From: a plasmid
Length of the DNA: 64,000 bases
Direction: 5' to 3' (one strand)
Sequence record: NZ_CP104305.1
Shown: in pieces, positions 58,366 to 64,000 of the stretch
Layout of the letters: each line of letters starts with the position of its first letter
Position numbering within the stretch: position 1 is the stretch's first letter
Program-made: the position numbers and the translations under genes
Notes under the pieces: model-generated
What the model was told of the DNA's origin: nothing
The model's database searches: none
Seen by the model: the letters and a program-made list of their open reading frames with translations, nothing else

Positions 58366-58677
58366 TCTTTCTCCTTTCTTAACTATTTATTTTGATTACT
58401 ATCCAACTATACGTTATTTTAAGTGAGTTGTAAAATATCTTGTAACCACCAATTTAATCTAAGGGATTGAACTTATCCAAGCTAGCTCGTATTTCTTCTT
58501 CTTCTAATCCGATGTATCGGATAGTCACTGCTTGACTAGAATGATTCAAAATTTTCCGCGCGTTTTAAAATCAAGTTAGCCACTTTTATTACAAATTTGG
58601 GACAATAAAAAACATCAAGAACAGATATCCTGTATCATTGAAGTTCCAACACAAACAATGAAAGAGGTATTGTCCTG

Positions 58678-59133
58678 ATGCATGAACAGGATATCACACG
58701 TCGTCAACCAGGTCATCATTTGTCTCAAATGGAACGCGGTAGAATTGCAGAACTTTACGCCACCGGCACCTCCAAACGCGAAATTGCTGCCAAAATTGGC
58801 GTCTGCCATCAAACCATCAATAATGAGATTGACCGAGGGACTGTCAAGCAGGCTAAGCGCATTAATGGCAAACTAATCTATCATACGGAATATAGTCCTG
58901 AAGCTGCTCAGACGCGCTATGAGACCGCACGTCTGAATTGTCATAGGCCGGATAAATTCGCCGCTACAAGCCACTTCCTGGCCTGGTATGTTAATCAGGC
59001 CAAGACTGAACACTGGTCGCCTGATGCAGCCGTTGGCGCCGCACGGCGAGCCAAGCTATTCACCCCGGAGGAGATGGTGTGCACAACCACTTTATATCGC
59101 TACATCGATGATCAACGCTTAGAACCTGTCTAG
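58678..59133 (+). pseudogene. IS30-family transposase, N-terminal part (interrupted)
   Basis: Reading frame runs into the IR of the inserted IS5-family element and stops. Confidence 0.65.
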
Positions 59134-59971
59134 TATCTTTTAAGAACTATCTTCAGGAAGGCCAATACAACCATTTGAAGACTGCTGTTAAGGGCACGTT
59201 CACAGTTTTTCCAAAGTCGCCGACATTTGTCTAGCCAACTCCATGAACGTTCAACGATCCATCGTTGCGGTAACACGGTGAACATATGCAACTCGTTGCG
59301 TTTAGCTACCGTCGTCTTAGCATTCAAAATGAGCTTCACCTGATCCGCAAAGTCATTGCCAGTGTAGCCACCATCAACCATGACATGCTGAACCAGCTCT
59401 AAATTTTGGCTAGCCAAACTAAACATAGCCAATGCACCTGAACGATCTGATACATTAGCTCGTGCCACGAGAATGGCTTGTGGTAAACCATTAATATCAA
59501 CCGCCATATGACGCTTAATCCCTGAAATCTTTTTGCCGCCATCGTAGCCACTATTTTTCGTTAAATCAGTGGTTTTAACACTTTGAGCATCAACAATCAC
59601 AAACGACGTTCGGGCCGATCGGCCCTGTGCAAAGCGATAGGAAGCAACAGTTTTTTTAAAAGCCTTTCTAATAGCGAATCAGCTGTCGGGTCTGGTTTAT
59701 CTCGCCACATATCGTAATAGCGGTAGACAGTGTGCCATTCCGGGAAATCGTGCGGTAATTCACGCCATTGACACCCTGTAGTAAGCGAGTAAAGAATGGC
59801 ATTGAATACGTCATAAAGATCATAACGACGCGGTCTTGTATGCTTGCGGAAGTTTTCTAAATCAGGTTGTATTAACGCAAATTGCGCTCGAGAAATATTG
59901 CTTGGATAATCTGGCATGACAAACTCCTCAGTCGGTTTTCCACAATTCTACCAGATTCAGCAGATACTAGA
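59113..59971 (-). mobile_element. IS5-family (IS427-group-like, two-ORF) insertion sequence nested in the IS30-family element
   Basis: 17-bp terminal IRs agaacctgtctagtatc / gatactagacaggttct; orfA (59597..59917) and orfB (59130..59600) overlap by 4 nt; DDE_Tnp_1-type C-terminus. Confidence 0.7.
59130..59917 (-). CDS. IS5-family transposase OrfA/OrfB (probable programmed frameshift)
   Basis: OrfA 106 aa (GCQWRELP motif); OrfB 156 aa (MVDGGYTG... DDE C-terminal part). Confidence 0.65.
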
Positions 59972-60599
59972 CAGGTTCTTAGAAATTCGGAACATCGATT
60001 TCGTGGAGAAGGCAAATCGGCGGACCAAGCAACACAAGAGCACTAAGCATAAGCGCCTAGCCGGCCGCAGTATTGAGAAGCGTCCTAAGGCTGTCGAACG
60101 CCGCAAGCAGTTCGGACATTGGGAGATGGATACCGTTGTCGGGAAACGCAATGGCCGTGAGAGCGTCATCCTTAGCCTGATTGAGCGGAAGACTCGTTGC
60201 CAACTTCTCCGACTGATCGACGGCCGAGACTCGGACTCTGTGGAGTTTGCGTTACGAGAAATCAAGCTTGAGTGGGGTGACTGTCTGCGCACGATTACCG
60301 CAGACAATGGCCCGGAGTTCTCGACTCTGAATAAGGCCTTTGAGGACACAGATACAGACATCTTCTACGCGCATTCATACACCTCATGCGATCGCGGCTC
60401 CAACGAGGCCCACAATCGCATGATTAGACGTGACTACCCAAAAGGCGAGTCGCTGGATGATGTTAGTCCCAGCCAGGTGCTGGCTACCCAAGACCGTCTT
60501 AACGGGCTTCCCCGGAGAAAGCTAGACTACCGTAGCCCCCAGGAGTGTTTTGAGACCGAAGTGCGCCGGACTCGGCGTTCAGCACAACACGTAAGCTAA
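59916..60599 (+). pseudogene. IS30-family transposase, C-terminal catalytic part (interrupted)
   Basis: DDE motifs in frame with the upstream fragment once the IS5 element is removed (target duplication around tta/tag). Confidence 0.65.
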
Positions 60600-60780
60600 A
60601 CAATGAACCACTCATAAGATAACAGGCTGTTCTTGGGAGTGTCTCAACACCCCGGCTAACTTGTTCTTGCAATTTGGGTTTTTATTTGGAAACGCTACAG
60701 GAAAGAACTGATGAAGAGCGCCAGCTTCTTGGTTAAGCCTGCTTGGTAACAAAAGATACCGAACCCAGTGATGGTGCACT

Positions 60781-61761
60781 CTACGCCGTGATGCCTTGAT
60801 GCAAGCTCACTGGCAGCAAATAATTCGGATCTAGGTAAGCCTTGTGATCGTTGATCCTTTTCAGTAACAGGTCGATCAGTAGTTTTGCGATGTCATCCAG
60901 CGGTTGAACAATCGTTGTCAGCGCTGGGTAATAATTTTGAATGAAGCGAGTGCCGTCATAGCCGATCAGTTTTAGGTCATCTGGAACGCGAATCCCCATG
61001 GTCAAAGCCTGCTGATGGACCTGCATGGCAGTCAGATCATCGGTGCAGAAGATTCCATCGTACTGCCCCTTGGTCAATAAGCGTTGGATCTCCGTGCGGC
61101 GGATGGCTGCCGCGGTCTCAAACGGGATCACCATGGTCGCGGATTCGATTCCATGGGCGGCGAAGTAATCGTGAAAACCTTGTGACCGGGCATTTGTCGG
61201 TGAATTCGGCAATTCCTTACCGGTGATGATTAGCGGGGCTTGCACGCCATTGGCTGACAAGACGGATGCAGCCAAGCGCCCGCCCTGGGCATTGTCGGAA
61301 CTGACGATCGGAATGGTCGGAGCCAGATTACGATCAAAGCTGACGATCGGTAGCCCGTACGCTTTATATTCCGGAATATTTTCATTGTGCGCTCCGGCAA
61401 TGATACCGTCGACCTGATTGGCTGCCAGCAGGCGCAGGTACTCGCGCTCCTTTTTCGGATCATTGGCGCTGTTGCATAAGATTGCCTTATACCCGCGCTC
61501 GAACAGCAGATTCTCGAGCCGGGAGACCAGCTCACCGAAGAATGGGTGACTGACGTCGTAGAAGATCAATCCAATGAGATGCGGTGACTTGCCCTGTAGC
61601 GAGCGAGCCAAAGTATTCGGCCGATAATTCAGCTGATTCATGGCGGCATGAACCGCCTTTTTCGTTTTATCACTGATGGCACCGTAATTATTGATCACGC
61701 GGGAAACCGTGGTCGGCGACACTCCAGCCAATTTGGCGACATCTTCAAGTTTAACGGTCAT
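60781..61761 (-). CDS. LacI-family transcriptional regulator (sucrose-operon-repressor-like)
   Basis: N-terminal HTH VKLEDVAKLAGVSPTTVSRVIN, periplasmic-binding-protein-like sugar-binding core. Confidence 0.8.
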   Translation of the reverse strand: MTVKLEDVAKLAGVSPTTVSRVINNYGAISDKTKKAVHAAMNQLNYRPNTLARSLQGKSPHLIGLIFYDVSHPFFGELVSRLENLLFERGYKAILCNSANDPKKEREYLRLLAANQVDGIIAGAHNENIPEYKAYGLPIVSFDRNLAPTIPIVSSDNAQGGRLAASVLSANGVQAPLIITGKELPNSPTNARSQGFHDYFAAHGIESATMVIPFETAAAIRRTEIQRLLTKGQYDGIFCTDDLTAMQVHQQALTMGIRVPDDLKLIGYDGTRFIQNYYPALTTIVQPLDDIAKLLIDLLLKRINDHKAYLDPNYLLPVSLHQGITA

Positions 61762-62026
61762 AGTTTGGTATTACCCCTTTTTAGATTCCACGCTTGACAC
61801 ATACTGACGGCATCGGCGTTGGTGATCGCAGCTTGGGCTGAGGCGATAACGAATCGCTGTGTTCCATCTGGTCGGTGCATTTTTCTGCCACCCTTGTGCG
61901 GTGTCATTGCGCCCCAATCTGTTTGTCACGATTAGCTTTATCATAACTGAAAGCGGTTGATTGTCAATCGAAAAACATTTTTAAAACTCCAAGCCTAATG
62001 AAGTCTCTCAACAATAAAGAATTAAA

Positions 62027-62066
62027 CTGTCAAACGCTTGACAATTTGTCGAAAGCGCTTTATATT
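62027..62066. promoter_or_regulatory. two cre/LacI-type operator palindromes in the divergent promoter region
   Basis: tgtcaaacgcttgaca (62027-62042) and tgaaagcgctttat (62051-62064). Confidence 0.45.
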
Positions 62067-62130
62067 TTAACCATCGCAAAACCGATATTATTTTTTAGCC
62101 CATTAACCGCTTTCCTGAGGAGGACCTTTT

Positions 62131-64000
62131 ATGAAACATGCTGACGTTGCCAAACGGATCTTGCAAGATATTGGCAAGGATAACATCCAGGCCGCTGCCC
62201 ATTGTGCGACCCGGCTGCGCCTTGTTCTTAAAGACAGCAAGGCGATCAACCAGAAGGCGCTGGACGATGATCCCGACGTGAAAGGCACGTTCGAGACTGG
62301 CGGCCAGTTTCAGATCATCATCGGTCCCGGCGATGTCGATAAGGTTTATGACGCCTTGATTGGCATTACCGGCCTAAAGGAAGCCACCACGGACGACATC
62401 AAGAAGATCGCAACCACCGCCGGCAAACCGAATCCCTTCACCAGTTTCCTGAAGATGCTATCGGATATCTTCATCCCAATCGTGCCGGCATTGGTCGCCG
62501 GCGGGTTGCTGATGGCGTTGTACAACGTTTTGAGCTCACCGGGTTTATTCATGAGCCAGTCGGTCGTTCAGGCGGTGCCGAGCCTCAAGGGGCTAGCCGA
62601 TATGGTTAACACCATGGCCAGTGCGCCATTCACTTTCCTGCCGATCCTACTGGGCTTCTCCGCTACCAAGCGCTTTGGTGGGAACCAGTACCTTGGCGCC
62701 ACCATTGGGATGATCATGGTCCTGCCGACCCTGGTTAACGGTTACCAAGTGGCCGCTGTCACTGCAGCGGGAAAAATGACCTATTGGAACATCTTCGGCT
62801 TACATGTCGCTCAGGCCGGTTATCAAGGTCAGGTTCTTCCTGTCCTTGGGGTCGCCTTTTTACTGGCGACGATTGAGAAGTTCCTACACAAACACCTCAA
62901 GGGCGCAGTTGACTTCACCTTCACACCGCTGTTGTCGATCATTGTCACCGGCTTTCTGACTTTTGTGGTCGTCGGTCCCGTACTGCGAGCCGTTTCTGAT
63001 TTTCTGACGAATGGTCTGGTTGGCTTGTATAATGCGACCGGTTGGTTTGGCATGGCAATATTCGGGGTCTTCTACTCTGCAATTGTCGTCACCGGGCTGC
63101 ATCAGACCTTCCCGGCGATCGAGACCACGCTCATTGCTGCCAAGGCAACGACTGGTGGTTCCTTCATTTTCCCAGTTGCATCAATGGCTAACATCGCGCA
63201 AGGCGGTGCAGCGGCTGCTGTGTTCTTCGCATCTAAGGACAGCAAGCAGCGCGCTTTGGCTTCGAGCTCCAGCATCTCTGCCTTGCTCGGAATCACCGAA
63301 CCGGCGATATTCGGGGTCAACTTGAAACTGCGCTTCCCATTCTACTGTGCCGCGATCGCTTCCGGTATTGCCAGCGCTATTCTCGGCCTCTTCCACGTCC
63401 TTGCTTGGGCCATGGGCAGCGCCGGCGTTCTTGGCTTCATCTCGATCGCACCGAAATCTATTGTGGCCTTTCTGCTGGCCGCAGTAATTAGTTTGGTGAC
63501 CTCCTTCGTCATGACTTTCATCGTTGCCAAACGCGTTTTGAAAAATGAACCCGAAGAAGCACCCGTGGATCCGACCACCGGTGAAGAAACACAAGCAGAC
63601 ACCGTCATTGCCGCTCCAGTCGCCGGCACCATCGAACCAATCACGCAGGTTAACGACAAGGTCTTTTCAGCTGAGATCATGGGTAAAGGAATCGCCATCA
63701 AACCCGCTAGCGATGAGGTTCATTCACCAGTCACCGGCACGGTAACCGTCGCCTATCCGACTCACCACGCTTATGGCATTAAGGCTGATGACGGTGCTGA
63801 GGTGCTCATCCACCTTGGCATTGATACCGTCGACCTCAAAGGCCAGTATTTCACCAGCAAGGTCGGCCAAGGCGACCATGTGAACACTGGCGACCTGCTG
63901 GGAACCTTCGATTACCAAGCCATTGCCAATGCCGGCTATGACACCACCGTCATGATCGTTATCACCAACACGAATGCCTATGCCAGTGTCGAACCAGTCA
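62131..64000 (+). CDS. PTS EIIBCA component, sucrose/beta-glucoside family (partial, runs off the window end)
   Basis: RBS gaggagga; EIIB Cys motif AAHCATRLR; polytopic EIIC region; EIIA-Glc-type C-terminus ([11 protein letters not shown]...IHLGIDTV). Confidence 0.8.
   Translation, partial: MKHADVAKRILQDIGKDNIQAAAHCATRLRLVLKDSKAINQKALDDDPDVKGTFETGGQFQIIIGPGDVDKVYDALIGITGLKEATTDDIKKIATTAGKPNPFTSFLKMLSDIFIPIVPALVAGGLLMALYNVLSSPGLFMSQSVVQAVPSLKGLADMVNTMASAPFTFLPILLGFSATKRFGGNQYLGATIGMIMVLPTLVNGYQVAAVTAAGKMTYWNIFGLHVAQAGYQGQVLPVLGVAFLLATIEKFLHKHLKGAVDFTFTPLLSIIVTGFLTFVVVGPVLRAVSDFLTNGLVGLYNATGWFGMAIFGVFYSAIVVTGLHQTFPAIETTLIAAKATTGGSFIFPVASMANIAQGGAAAAVFFASKDSKQRALASSSSISALLGITEPAIFGVNLKLRFPFYCAAIASGIASAILGLFHVLAWAMGSAGVLGFISIAPKSIVAFLLAAVISLVTSFVMTFIVAKRVLKNEPEEAPVDPTTGEETQADTVIAAPVAGTIEPITQVNDKVFSAEIMGKGIAIKPASDEVHSPVTGTVTVAYPTHHAYGIKADDGAEVLIHLGIDTVDLKGQYFTSKVGQGDHVNTGDLLGTFDYQAIANAGYDTTVMIVITNTNAYASVEPV

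Larger units (their letters stand above)
58615..60650 (+). mobile_element. second IS30-family element (different lineage), split by an IS5-family insertion
   Basis: Transposase N-terminal fragment 58678..59133 (HTH) and C-terminal fragment 59916..60599 (DDE: HWEMDTV, ITADNGPEF, SNEAHNRMIRRDYPKG). Matching ends: caagaacag at 58624 and ctgttcttg at ~60630. Confidence 0.65.

Noticed and set aside
62103-63918. Several minus-strand ORFs (61-137 aa)
   Set aside because: Antisense to the well-supported PTS EIIBCA reading frame, which has an RBS and all three domains.

Overview
This 64-kb window looks like a segment of a large conjugative plasmid from a low-GC Gram-positive bacterium, most plausibly Lactobacillales (Lacticaseibacillus-like). 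Almost every base is either plasmid backbone or accessory cargo bounded by IS elements and resolvases. Blocks in order:

(1) 1.3-17.6 kb, minus strand: a complete Gram-positive conjugation module. It runs Toprim primase, MobA/MobL-type relaxase, MobC, a palindromic intergenic candidate oriT, an ArdC-like protein, a PrgK-like CHAP/lysozyme hydrolase, VirB4, VirB3-like, VirB6-like, VirD4 coupling protein and a PcfB-like protein.

(2) 17.6-26.5 kb: conjugation-associated surface and leading-region genes. These are an Ig-repeat surface protein with in-gene tandem repeats, an RHH regulator translationally coupled to an unannotated 53-aa hydrophobic peptide with convergent terminators, an HU-like protein, an LPXTG adhesin with a probable N-terminal thioester domain plus Cna-B repeats, a homopolymer-frameshifted lipoprotein, and small acidic ORFs.

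(3) 26.9-30.0 kb: a theta replicon (RepA_N initiator with iterons inside the gene, RepB-like) and a ParA/ParR-like partition cassette with an iterated centromere.

(4) 30-32 kb: a YolD-like / Y-family DNA polymerase operon.

(5) 32.5-46.8 kb: an IS30 remnant, then a visibly AT-rich two-gene cassette (N-terminally extended UvrD-like helicase plus an unknown 222-aa protein). After it come resolvase, type I RM hsdR-hsdS-hsdM, a TPM pseudogene, a lipoprotein, a second resolvase with a palindromic res-like site, and BRCT / zinc-ribbon / DenV-like / PNPOx-like genes. The helicase cassette is my best candidate for a previously undescribed phage-defence system.

(6) 47.3-52.9 kb: a sortase-dependent pilus cluster (vWFA tip adhesin, base pilin, backbone pilin, class C sortase) abutting IS30.

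(7) 52.9-60.7 kb: an IS nest. Two near-identical direct IS30-family copies flank an XRE gene and an IS110-family element, followed by a third IS30-family element split by an IS5-family insertion.

(8) 60.8-64.0 kb: a LacI-family regulator divergent from a PTS EIIBCA (sucrose/beta-glucoside type) gene that runs off the window.

I found no rRNA, no intact tRNA and no CRISPR array.
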